A stretch of DNA of 64,000 nucleotides from a virus. This document shows, piece after piece, positions 38,966 to 48,036 of the stretch; positions within the stretch are counted from its first letter, which is position 1, and every line of letters starts with the position of its first letter. The stretch is taken from positions 32,001 through 96,000 of the IMG/VR virus record IMGVR_UViG_3300008108_000039; one strand, given 5' to 3'. The translations under genes and the position numbers were made by a program. The notes beneath the pieces are model-generated. The model was not told the origin of the DNA, ran no database searches, and saw only the letters and a program-made list of their open reading frames with translations.

Positions 38966-40816
38966 TTATATTTCACAGTTATTCCCAGCGCAGGCGAGAT
39001 TTTCCCCTAACACTGTATTGTCGTCAAATTCTACCACCTTACTTAAATCTACAGAATGAAGATGATTTACCATTTTGTTAAATTGTTCTTCAGTGATTGT
39101 TTCAAAAGGTGCTTGAGTATAAGTGTGATCTGAGAAAGGCAAAACTGATAGACCATTAAATGTGTCCTTATATTTCCACATCCATTCTCCTACTTCTTTC
39201 CATTCTTCATTTCTAACAGATATAGTTGCAGATACATTATTTGTATTAGCTCCCTTACGATGGCCTTTTCTTACCCACTCCATATTAAACTTTCTAACAC
39301 GTTCTAATAACATCAATGCTGATTCTTCACTGCGTATAATAGCACCTTCTGGTGCTTTTTGTGGAATAGATATTACAGCTTGGATAGTAGGTTTAAAGAA
39401 ATCGTCTTCTAATAGTTCTGGGTGGTGAATTGCTAGATGAGTATAGATTGCTTCGTTTTTGCCTACTCTAATACGTCTGATATAATGTTTATCATGCCAG
39501 CTATGAATACCACTGCTACTTCCTAATACTAATGATGAAGTACCTGATGGTTTAACTGTAGTTACACGAGCTGCTTTATTTACACCAATAAGTTCAGCAA
39601 CACGAGCATTTTCTTCTTTAGCTAAATCAGCTGCTTTCTTTAAATCATATTTTAGTACAGCTCCTGATCCAATACCTGTCATACCAACACCTAATAAAGC
39701 ATCTTTTTCAGTTGTTTTTTGCCATATATCTCTTAAGTAATGGAAATTAGTATAGGCGGCTTGTAATGTACCAATAAAGGCACCTACACGTACTCTTTCA
39801 TTTAAATCTTCTTGTGATTCAACATTTGAAACATTTATTTCACATAAATTACAAAATTGGAAAGGACGTAAAGCAATTTCACAACATGGATTTGTTCCCC
39901 AATCTTTATCATTGCTAAAGTAAATACCCGGTTCACCAGATCCACTTAATTCAATTTTCTTCCATAATTTATAAAATTCTTCTTCATCAATTTTATGACG
40001 TAATACTACTGCTGAGTTGTTGGCACGGCCACGTTGAGGGTTTTCTTCCCACCAGTTACCAAATTTACAAGTCAACATTTCTTCATCATCCAAATCAAAT
40101 AATGCAATAAGAGCAGCACGACGAATACCTCCACTTAATACAGCATCAGCAATATGACAAGCCATATCATGAACTTCTACTGATGATAATTTTTCACCAT
40201 TTTTCTTGCGCTCAAATATTTTTTGTAAATTAAATAAACATTCTTTTAATGGCTCAGGACCAGGTGCTTTACCACCTACAGTAATTAATTGAGCACCTTT
40301 AGGACGAATATCTCTAAAGTCAAATAGTGGAAGTGGAGCTCCCTGAAAATATGCTTTGCAAAGCATTCTAACAGCATCTGCCCATCCTTCAATACTATCT
40401 CCTACTAAATATCTTTTATGTTTAGTTGGAATTTTAATTTCAGGTAGTTTTTCAATATGATGTGTTTGAACTGAGTATCCTACTCCACATCCTGAAAGTA
40501 ATAAAAACATTATTTCACTAAATGCTCTCCAATCATCAATAGGAAGAAAAGAACAATTAAATATACGAGCATTATTAAGTTCAATGGGCTTACCAGCGAA
40601 TTGCAAACTGCGCATTGAAGGCAAGACTTTTTTAGCATAAACCAATTTATAGGCTTCTTCGATTTCATCTTTTAATTGAGGGAATTTATTTTGATGCATT
40701 TCTTTATTTCTCGTAACCAATTCTTCCCAAGTTTCTCTTCTATTTACTTCAGGTCTGAATTTTGCATACTTCATATAAGTGGTAATATCACTTAATATAT
40801 TTTGTGTTACATCCAT
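38966..40816 (-). CDS. nrdJ: Class II (B12-dependent) ribonucleotide reductase
   Basis: LPSMR, FNCS, GCGVG, GGIRRAALI, ANNS, GEPG, TNPCCEI, VKPSGT, QAPFE, C-terminal CAGNNC; no nrdB nearby. Confidence 0.9.
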   Translation of the reverse strand: MDVTQNILSDITTYMKYAKFRPEVNRRETWEELVTRNKEMHQNKFPQLKDEIEEAYKLVYAKKVLPSMRSLQFAGKPIELNNARIFNCSFLPIDDWRAFSEIMFLLLSGCGVGYSVQTHHIEKLPEIKIPTKHKRYLVGDSIEGWADAVRMLCKAYFQGAPLPLFDFRDIRPKGAQLITVGGKAPGPEPLKECLFNLQKIFERKKNGEKLSSVEVHDMACHIADAVLSGGIRRAALIALFDLDDEEMLTCKFGNWWEENPQRGRANNSAVVLRHKIDEEEFYKLWKKIELSGSGEPGIYFSNDKDWGTNPCCEIALRPFQFCNLCEINVSNVESQEDLNERVRVGAFIGTLQAAYTNFHYLRDIWQKTTEKDALLGVGMTGIGSGAVLKYDLKKAADLAKEENARVAELIGVNKAARVTTVKPSGTSSLVLGSSSGIHSWHDKHYIRRIRVGKNEAIYTHLAIHHPELLEDDFFKPTIQAVISIPQKAPEGAIIRSEESALMLLERVRKFNMEWVRKGHRKGANTNNVSATISVRNEEWKEVGEWMWKYKDTFNGLSVLPFSDHTYTQAPFETITEEQFNKMVNHLHSVDLSKVVEFDDNTVLGENLACAGNNCEI

Positions 40817-40835
40817 TTTTTTATTGTTTTTGTTA

Positions 40836-41096
40836 TTAAATAAGTGAATTAATAGTATCTACATATATAGATTTTGATTGTATCCCAGAAAAACGTTGTT
40901 TAGCAACTCCATCTTTGAAAAATATAACTGTTGGTACACTAGTTATCATATTATTTGATACTTCATTAGGAGATGCATCTACATCTATTGTTTCAAATTG
41001 TACATTTGGAAATAATCCTTCTAATTGTTCAAAAAGAGGAGCAAGCTGTTTGCATGGAGAGCACCAGCTCGCCGTAAATCTTTTAACCTTTATCAT
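40836..41096 (-). CDS. Thioredoxin
   Basis: WCSPC, SVPT; start moved to MIKVKR, downstream of the promoter motif at 41117. Confidence 0.92.
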   Translation of the reverse strand: MIKVKRFTASWCSPCKQLAPLFEQLEGLFPNVQFETIDVDASPNEVSNNMITSVPTVIFFKDGVAKQRFSGIQSKSIYVDTINSLI

Positions 41097-41134
41097 AATT
41101 TTATTTTGTGTAGTTATAAATATAGCACATATCA

Positions 41135-42442
41135 CTAATCCTTACTAAGTTCAAAAAACTTTTGTTGAAGATAATCTCTATCATCTGTTGTTACATTACT
41201 AAAACTATTAATAGGTTTAGAATCATCTTCATCATCGTCATCTAATGGATTTTCATTTATTTCTATCTTTCCAGTTGAAGTATCTATTCTAGATCCAAAT
41301 GTTAATCCATCGGGACCATATCTATTTCCCATAATATGCCAATTGCCAGTTCCATTAATTCTATCTTTTCTTCCTCTAGCTAGAGATATAAGTATATCTG
41401 CTATCATAATTTTATCATAGGAACCAGCAGCGTGTTTACCTTCTAAAATAGCTTCACCAGCACCAGTTCTATTTGCTTGTGATGGAGATACAAGCGGCAC
41501 ACCTTTTTCTGCTGCTAATGCTTTAGCTTGAATGTAAACATCATCAATTTCATCTTTGGTCCCTTTTTTACTTTTAGATCGAACATAATCTAAATAATCA
41601 ATAATAATTAGATCAGGTTTAAAATCATGTTGAGTTTCTAATTGTTGAATATGAGCTTCTATTGTATCAAATGATGCTCTTTTAGGTGGATAAGCTTTAA
41701 TAATAACTTTACCTTTTACTTTAGTAACAATTTCTGATACTTTATCTCTATGTTTTTCTAATTGATCAACAGGTATCCCAGTAAATATAGCATCGTATCC
41801 AGCAAAAGCTCCCATTGCAGCTACGGCCCATGATTTACCACCTTTAGGATTACCAAATATTAATACTAAATCACCTTTACCGTATCCACCTTGTGTTAAA
41901 TTATTAAATGTTTTCCAAGGAAATGGTATTGGGTTTCTATCATCTTCTCTATAGCGTGATTCTATATCTTTATCATATTCGTGACCTATATTCTTATCTT
42001 CACCTGCTTTAAGTGCATTATTAATTAATGTTCTAATACTATCATAATCTCCCATATTAAGCAAATCGACTGATGTCATAATTGCTTTTTTCATTTGTTG
42101 ATTTTTACAGAAATTAGTAAATTCTGCTTCTACCCATTCTAGATCTTTTGATTGGGATTCTTTATATGCTTCTCTTAATCCTTCAGTAATAGCTATTTTT
42201 AATACTTCATTATCCATTTTTTTAACTTCTGTAGCTAATACTTCTATGGTAGGTACAGTATGATATTTTTGAAAATATTCTTGTATTTTACCTATAATCC
42301 ATTGATTCGATTGATTTTCAAAATATTCTTTTTCTAATGAATCTGATACATTTATTAAGAAATTCTTTTGTGTTAATAATGCACCAATAACTTTAATTTG
42401 AAATTGAGGTCCGTATTGTACTAATTTTGCTAGGGTTGTCAT
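41135..42442 (-). CDS. Replicative DnaB/gp41-like helicase (apparent in-frame internal deletion)
   Basis: Walker A GNPKGGKS, Walker B IIIDYLD, SQANR, NRYGPDG; the expected H1a strand/Glu after Walker A is absent. Confidence 0.88.
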   Translation of the reverse strand: MTTLAKLVQYGPQFQIKVIGALLTQKNFLINVSDSLEKEYFENQSNQWIIGKIQEYFQKYHTVPTIEVLATEVKKMDNEVLKIAITEGLREAYKESQSKDLEWVEAEFTNFCKNQQMKKAIMTSVDLLNMGDYDSIRTLINNALKAGEDKNIGHEYDKDIESRYREDDRNPIPFPWKTFNNLTQGGYGKGDLVLIFGNPKGGKSWAVAAMGAFAGYDAIFTGIPVDQLEKHRDKVSEIVTKVKGKVIIKAYPPKRASFDTIEAHIQQLETQHDFKPDLIIIDYLDYVRSKSKKGTKDEIDDVYIQAKALAAEKGVPLVSPSQANRTGAGEAILEGKHAAGSYDKIMIADILISLARGRKDRINGTGNWHIMGNRYGPDGLTFGSRIDTSTGKIEINENPLDDDDEDDSKPINSFSNVTTDDRDYLQQKFFELSKD

Positions 42443-42456
42443 AACTTTTTTTAAAT

Positions 42457-43482
42457 TTACTTAAAAGAATTGAGATATCCAAAAACTTCATTTAACCATG
42501 ACTCTACATTAGATATTGATTCTCCTAATTTATCATTAACATATAACTGATGAAATAAGTATTTATTTAATTCATATGAATTAGTGAATAATTCTTTTAC
42601 TAGTTGTTTATTTTCAGGTGAAATAAAATCACCTTTTAACGACATTAGTTGTTTATTAATTTCTAATTGATGTCTTCGTTCTACAACTGATAAAAATAAT
42701 TTATTATCATTAATTCGTTCTGAAGATTTTTCTATGATACTTTCTAAAGGAACATAATAATTACCTGTTAATTCTGGGAATAGTTTTATTAATTTTTTAG
42801 GACCTAAACCAGTAATACCAGGTACATTATCAGATACATCACCTAATAATATTTTATAATTAATATAGTTGGAACTACTAACCCCATGTTCAGTTAATAC
42901 ATCTTTTGGTTTGTATATTTTCTTTTTAGTAGGAGAATATACTACTGTTTTGTCTGATACTAATTGTAAAAAATCCTGATCAGCAGACATTATAGTTATA
43001 TTTTTAGTATTACTATGTTTTTCAAAAAGTAATGCTAAATACCCTATAATATCATCTGCTTCTAATCCATCAACACTGATAATACTTACTGGAAGACATT
43101 TTAGGTACAAAATCAAACGTTCCATTTGATTATTTATACTTTCAGCTTCTTCATCTTTAGATTGAAACATAGTCTTGTTAACAACACGACTAGTGCTGCG
43201 ATTTGCTTTATATTCAGGATATAAATTTCTCCTTGCATTCGAACCTCCTATTCCATCAAATACAATAATTACTTTAGTTGGATTAGTCATCTTGATAGCA
43301 TAACCTATTGATTTTAAAAAACCAGTTAAACCCCCGATGTGAGCACCATCGGGGTTAACATGGTTTATCATAGTGAAATTTCTTAAGAATGCATTTAATC
43401 CATCTATTATTAATATTGATTCTAATTGAGAACGAGTATCAGGTTGAATACTTGAAATTAATTCAAAGTATTTATTCTTCAT
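42457..43482 (-). CDS. 5'-3' exonuclease (RNase H/FEN-like)
   Basis: IIDGLN, VFDG, YPEYKANR, EADDII, SADQDFLQL, GDVSDNVPGI.GLG.K. Confidence 0.92.
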   Translation of the reverse strand: MKNKYFELISSIQPDTRSQLESILIIDGLNAFLRNFTMINHVNPDGAHIGGLTGFLKSIGYAIKMTNPTKVIIVFDGIGGSNARRNLYPEYKANRSTSRVVNKTMFQSKDEEAESINNQMERLILYLKCLPVSIISVDGLEADDIIGYLALLFEKHSNTKNITIMSADQDFLQLVSDKTVVYSPTKKKIYKPKDVLTEHGVSSSNYINYKILLGDVSDNVPGITGLGPKKLIKLFPELTGNYYVPLESIIEKSSERINDNKLFLSVVERRHQLEINKQLMSLKGDFISPENKQLVKELFTNSYELNKYLFHQLYVNDKLGESISNVESWLNEVFGYLNSFK

Positions 43483-44569
43483 TGTCTACATCTATTATAG
43501 GAGATATTTTACTGCTTTCCTCCCATTCACTATTATCTTCTATTTGTATTAAATCAGCAACATCTACTTGTTCACTAAACCACTCATGAGCATATTGTTT
43601 TTTATACTCTTTAATAGCTTCAGGAGTGTCAGGCATGAAGCCATGAGGTGTTACAATTACTGTTGATGTAGTTGCTATACCATAATCAGCATGAATTTTA
43701 TCAATAGCAATTTTAGTACGTTTAGCAAATTCTACTTTCTTACCTTTATGTTGTACACTAATTTTGGAAGTACCGCTATTAGTTATATTACCAAATGTAG
43801 CAACAATTGTAGCATCCCAATACATTGCATTACCACCTTTATTTGTCATTTTAGGTTGAGACATAGGTGTTAAAGCTGGTTGTACACCTGTTTTATTAAT
43901 TACAAACAATGTATTAGTGTAAGGGTATTTTTCTTTACGTGATAATGGAAACTGTTGATTGATAAAATTACCAAACTGAGTAGCCATTGCTCCGGCATTC
44001 CACATTGGATTATTACTACCCTGTTTAACACTCATTTCACAAGGAATAGAACCAACTGAATCCCATAAAAATAATAAATCAAATGGAAGTTTTCCTTGAG
44101 CTTGTTCATTTAATATATCAGCAATAAATGCTGCTACATCTTCAATTGTATTTAATGAACCTCTATCAGTATATAAGAAAAATCCTTTATAATCTACTAC
44201 TTCTCCAGTAGCAGTATCGGGTATTGCTTCACATTGAAATCCCATTTTTTGAGCATGTGAAAAATCCCATTTCATCTCTGTAATAATAAAAACAGGTAAT
44301 ATTCCCATTTTTTGGGCTGTAGTAGCCGCTTCGATTAATAGAGTAGTTTTACCTGTATCTGAACCTCCTCTAGCAACAAATACATGTCCCATAGGAACAC
44401 CAGGAACAGAAAGAGCTTCTTTTAATGCATCCGAAAATGGTATCCATCGTTGCTTTTTAAACTTAGATGATTCTCCTAAAAATTTTGATTTTTTAAATTT
44501 ATCAATATCAAAGGATTGTTTTAGCGACTCAGATAATACCTGAGTTAAACTGTCTTTACTTTTAGCCAT
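43472..44569 (-). CDS. RecA/UvsX-like recombinase
   Basis: GGSDTGKT, ITE, FLWDSVG, KGGNA. Confidence 0.85.
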   Translation of the reverse strand: MAKSKDSLTQVLSESLKQSFDIDKFKKSKFLGESSKFKKQRWIPFSDALKEALSVPGVPMGHVFVARGGSDTGKTTLLIEAATTAQKMGILPVFIITEMKWDFSHAQKMGFQCEAIPDTATGEVVDYKGFFLYTDRGSLNTIEDVAAFIADILNEQAQGKLPFDLLFLWDSVGSIPCEMSVKQGSNNPMWNAGAMATQFGNFINQQFPLSRKEKYPYTNTLFVINKTGVQPALTPMSQPKMTNKGGNAMYWDATIVATFGNITNSGTSKISVQHKGKKVEFAKRTKIAIDKIHADYGIATTSTVIVTPHGFMPDTPEAIKEYKKQYAHEWFSEQVDVADLIQIEDNSEWEESSKISPIIDVDNEE

Positions 44570-44571
44570 TA

Positions 44572-45387
44572 TTATTCGTTAAATAGTGAGTCAAATTTAT
44601 CTGCAGCGTTTTCTTTAGGTTTGATATCTAAAGAATATGATTGAACAGGTGCATTTATTTCTTTAATAAAATCATCCTCTTCATCTTCATCTTTAGATAC
44701 AATAGGTGCTTCAGTTTCTTCCTCAGGATTTAACCATTTTTGTAATACATCTTTAAGCTGATCGTAAGAATATTTACGATTAATCGCTAAAATATCTGTT
44801 TGTTCTTCTAATGCTTTAGTAACAAAAGCAGCATCTTCAGAAATAGGAGTTGATTTTACTTTAGGACGTAAAGTACATTTAACACCTTTTCTTCCTGCTA
44901 TTACATCATCAATAGCTTCAACTGTAAAGTCTCTACCATCAGTAATGTTTGTAAAATCACCATAATCTTCATCAGCAGCAATACCCATTAACTGGTCATT
45001 TACCAATTTACCTACTTCCCACAAACGAACACCTTGTGATTCTTCTCCACGTACAACTACAGGAATAAAATAACGAACTTTAGGAGAAATTTTGTTTGCT
45101 AATGTCCAATCATCTTTATCAGAAGATTTACGTAATTTTTGGGTAAAATCAACAATTGGATCAGCTTCACCCCAATTAGTAAGAGCTAAAATAGGGCCTT
45201 TAGAAAAACCATAGTGCATTTGAACTTCACGCAATGGCCATTCTTTTCTGAATTTGTTAGGTACAATACGAATTTGGTATTTACCTGCTTTTGGTTTCCA
45301 GAAAATTTTTGAATAATCGATTTTTTCGCGCTTAGCGCCTTTGTTGGCATTGTCTGCCAGTTTTTGTTTGACAAATGATAAATCCAT
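44572..45387 (-). CDS. Single-stranded DNA-binding protein (gp32-like)
   Basis: FWKPK.G...IRIVP, DPI, GVRLW, DFT..TDGRD, acidic C-terminus ending FDSLFNE. Confidence 0.85.
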   Translation of the reverse strand: MDLSFVKQKLADNANKGAKREKIDYSKIFWKPKAGKYQIRIVPNKFRKEWPLREVQMHYGFSKGPILALTNWGEADPIVDFTQKLRKSSDKDDWTLANKISPKVRYFIPVVVRGEESQGVRLWEVGKLVNDQLMGIAADEDYGDFTNITDGRDFTVEAIDDVIAGRKGVKCTLRPKVKSTPISEDAAFVTKALEEQTDILAINRKYSYDQLKDVLQKWLNPEEETEAPIVSKDEDEEDDFIKEINAPVQSYSLDIKPKENAADKFDSLFNE

Positions 45388-45411
45388 AACTTTTGTTTTT
45401 ATGTTTAAAAT

Positions 45412-45442
45412 TAAATATACGATCTTTAAGATGAATAACCAA
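45412..45442 (-). promoter_or_regulatory. Promoter TTG-N20-TATATTTA upstream of SSB
   Basis: TTG gttattcatcttaaagatcg TATATTTA. Confidence 0.65.
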
Positions 45443-45448
45443 AAATTC

Positions 45449-45790
45449 TTAAGAAATTACTAAACTGTAATCTCCTGCTCCTTTTAAACGATATGTTGTA
45501 CCAGTAACTGCTGCTGCTGGCGTAAAAGTAAAAGATGATATACCTGGAGGAACAACTACTCCGGCTACGTAAGCATCTCTAACTAGTCCCATAGAGGCCG
45601 ATACGTCATATGTTCCTAAAAAATTAGGAGGTGTAATTCCTGTATAGTATAAATTATTAGGACCTGGTATTGTTTCCATTACAAAAAATGATGATCCACT
45701 AAGATTATTAAATTGAAATAATTTCAACCCAGATAGATCTTCACCTATTGTTCCATTTTCACGAAGCTGATTAGCAGTATAACTTGCCAT
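45449..45790 (-). CDS. Hypothetical beta-rich, virion-like protein
   Basis: 113 aa G/S/T-rich. Confidence 0.55.
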   Translation of the reverse strand: MASYTANQLRENGTIGEDLSGLKLFQFNNLSGSSFFVMETIPGPNNLYYTGITPPNFLGTYDVSASMGLVRDAYVAGVVVPPGISSFTFTPAAAVTGTTYRLKGAGDYSLVIS

Positions 45791-46209
45791 TATTTAGATA
45801 AATCTATAATTTTATGAATAGATGTGTCTAGTTTTCTTAGATTAGGACCATCAGTTAATAATATACAATTTTTATATTGATTCCAATCAACTATAAAATT
45901 TTTGTCTAATATACCTTCATTTAATGATTTAATAAGTGTATTTAATGCATTAATTGTATATAAGGTATTTGTTTCTTTTTTACGATGTAATAAAATGGTA
46001 TTAGCCATAGGAATTTCATTAGAATTTCCTGTGTCTATATTATAAGTACACATTAATTCATCGCTTTGTTGTGATTCTAAAATAAATATTTTATTAAATA
46101 GAATTGTATAGCGACGATTAATGGTATTTACTGTTTCTTCCAAATCCAATGGAGTTGTGAATGTACAGAATAATTTGTTCAAATCTAGTTCAATTAATTG
46201 TTCAGTCAT
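45790..46209 (-). CDS. Hypothetical protein
   Basis: NKLFCTF...TILLHRKKETNTLYTINALN. Confidence 0.7.
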   Translation of the reverse strand: MTEQLIELDLNKLFCTFTTPLDLEETVNTINRRYTILFNKIFILESQQSDELMCTYNIDTGNSNEIPMANTILLHRKKETNTLYTINALNTLIKSLNEGILDKNFIVDWNQYKNCILLTDGPNLRKLDTSIHKIIDLSK

Positions 46210-46215
46210 AAATAT

Positions 46216-47526
46216 TTATATTTCTTTTAAACCATGATATGATTTACCACATTTTACAGTTACTGGGTATTTTATTATATTTATAAGTTCTTGTATTATA
46301 TATTTTTCAGTATTGTCCAAATCAAATAAAAAGGCATCATAAGTATATAATACTAATTTAGTTTTTTTATATTTTAAATAATCTAATATTGTTGTAAGTA
46401 TTTGAACATTAGTAGATGTTTCATAACTTTGAACAACATAATTCAATAATTTAGCTTGTGTCATACCTTCTAATTCACTACGTCTAAATGTTCTATTAAC
46501 ACAATTAATCATACCACTATGCTGATAGTCGTCCCATAACGAATCAGTATAACTTACTATATCTTTAAAAAACGGTTTATATTGATACTCTTTCCATACT
46601 CCTCCATATAACTGTTTAAATGTTAATTCTTTTGCTTCTTGTTGTGATACACCTAATATTTCACCTAAATAATCATATGTGTTTCTATCTTTAGGAAAAT
46701 AAAAATCAATCAATTCACCAATTAATCGTGGATGATAACCTTGAATGTCTATCTCTACAAAAGAATCGTATTCTGGTTTATAACACATTCTTTCACCATT
46801 TTCCTTATTTAATGCTGCATAGTTAGTACTATTAAATGTGTTAGATGGGCGAGAGGTTGTAGTATATAAATTATATTGAGTGTATATTTTACTGCGAAAT
46901 AAATTAAATTCAGGATATTGCAACTTATCCCGATAAAAATCAATAAAGCAGTTTTTATCAACCTTTATGCCGTTTTTTTCGATTTGATAGAATACGTTTG
47001 TAGCAATAAAATTTTGAAATTGAAATTGTGTATTATTTGGAGTATACTTTTGAACAATAGGTAGAATAACATTAAATATTGCTTCACTCTCTTCATAATG
47101 TTTGCTAATAGGAATTAGACAATTAACATTAGGTAAATTAGTATGTTTATTATAATAATAATTAATACATTTATTATCTAAAGCATCTGTTAAATCAGCA
47201 AATTCTAATAAATGAACATCATACAATTTATCTGCTAATGAATATACCCAATGTAATGCTTCTTTTTTATCTATTACCCACAAATTATCTGTACTATTTG
47301 ACAACCAATTAGTTAATGTTGTTTTATCAATACCAAATGATTCATTATGATCAACACAAAGTATATATCCTTTTTTTGATTTTTGTGGGTTTAAAGGACG
47401 GATGTAAATTAAGCTTAAATCAGTAAGAGCAGGGTGAAAATTATCATTTTTTGGAATGAATCTAATAAAACAATCTTTAAAATGTAATTGTGATAGTTGA
47501 TCAAATTTTTCGATAATATAAAACAT
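46216..47526 (-). CDS. Compact, divergent family A DNA polymerase-like protein
   Basis: TTTSRPS (cf. TGRLS), motif A D.QGYHPR, motif B AKELTFKQLYG, NYVVQ, motif C YTYDAF. Confidence 0.8.
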   Translation of the reverse strand: MFYIIEKFDQLSQLHFKDCFIRFIPKNDNFHPALTDLSLIYIRPLNPQKSKKGYILCVDHNESFGIDKTTLTNWLSNSTDNLWVIDKKEALHWVYSLADKLYDVHLLEFADLTDALDNKCINYYYNKHTNLPNVNCLIPISKHYEESEAIFNVILPIVQKYTPNNTQFQFQNFIATNVFYQIEKNGIKVDKNCFIDFYRDKLQYPEFNLFRSKIYTQYNLYTTTSRPSNTFNSTNYAALNKENGERMCYKPEYDSFVEIDIQGYHPRLIGELIDFYFPKDRNTYDYLGEILGVSQQEAKELTFKQLYGGVWKEYQYKPFFKDIVSYTDSLWDDYQHSGMINCVNRTFRRSELEGMTQAKLLNYVVQSYETSTNVQILTTILDYLKYKKTKLVLYTYDAFLFDLDNTEKYIIQELINIIKYPVTVKCGKSYHGLKEI

Positions 47527-47547
47527 ATAGCATAACCTTTAATAATC

Positions 47548-47578
47548 TAAATATAAAAAAGATTTTTTAGCCAAACAA
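47548..47578 (-). promoter_or_regulatory. Promoter TTG-N20-TATATTTA upstream of the PolA-like gene
   Basis: TTG tttggctaaaaaatcttttt TATATTTA. Confidence 0.6.
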
Positions 47579-48034
47579 CCAAGCTTTTAATCCTGGTAGT
47601 TGTGTGTTAGCTTGGTCTATAGTTTGATCATTTCCTATATATGTAGTTTGATAAAGAGGATTTGTTTTAACATTATCATATGTTTCTTTATCTATTTCTT
47701 TTATCAGAATAGGTTGGACTGTAATTTGTCTACAAAAATATCTTATAGCCGAATCAGCTATAAATTGTTTAGATCTAATTAAAGGTAATTGCAAATTTTG
47801 AGATGATATTCCTGATATGGCGGAATAAGTTGCCGTTGAAGATACATTAAGCAATTTATTTGTTTTATTTTCAGGAATAAGTTCAGGAGCATTTTTATTA
47901 TATTTTTTTCCAGCATAGAAAGAACCATTTAATTCATAATAATATCCTTGATAAGGAGTATTTGTAGAAGCTACTCTATACTCTCCACCTTGAGTATACT
48001 TACCTGTTTGTATTATGTTATTTGGTATTACCAT
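47567..48034 (-). CDS. Hypothetical (tail/baseplate region) protein
   Basis: YTQGGEY...PYQGYY; RYF..IKEI; end of structural operon. Confidence 0.6.
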   Translation of the reverse strand: MVIPNNIIQTGKYTQGGEYRVASTNTPYQGYYYELNGSFYAGKKYNKNAPELIPENKTNKLLNVSSTATYSAISGISSQNLQLPLIRSKQFIADSAIRYFCRQITVQPILIKEIDKETYDNVKTNPLYQTTYIGNDQTIDQANTQLPGLKAWLFG

Positions 48035-48036
48035 TA

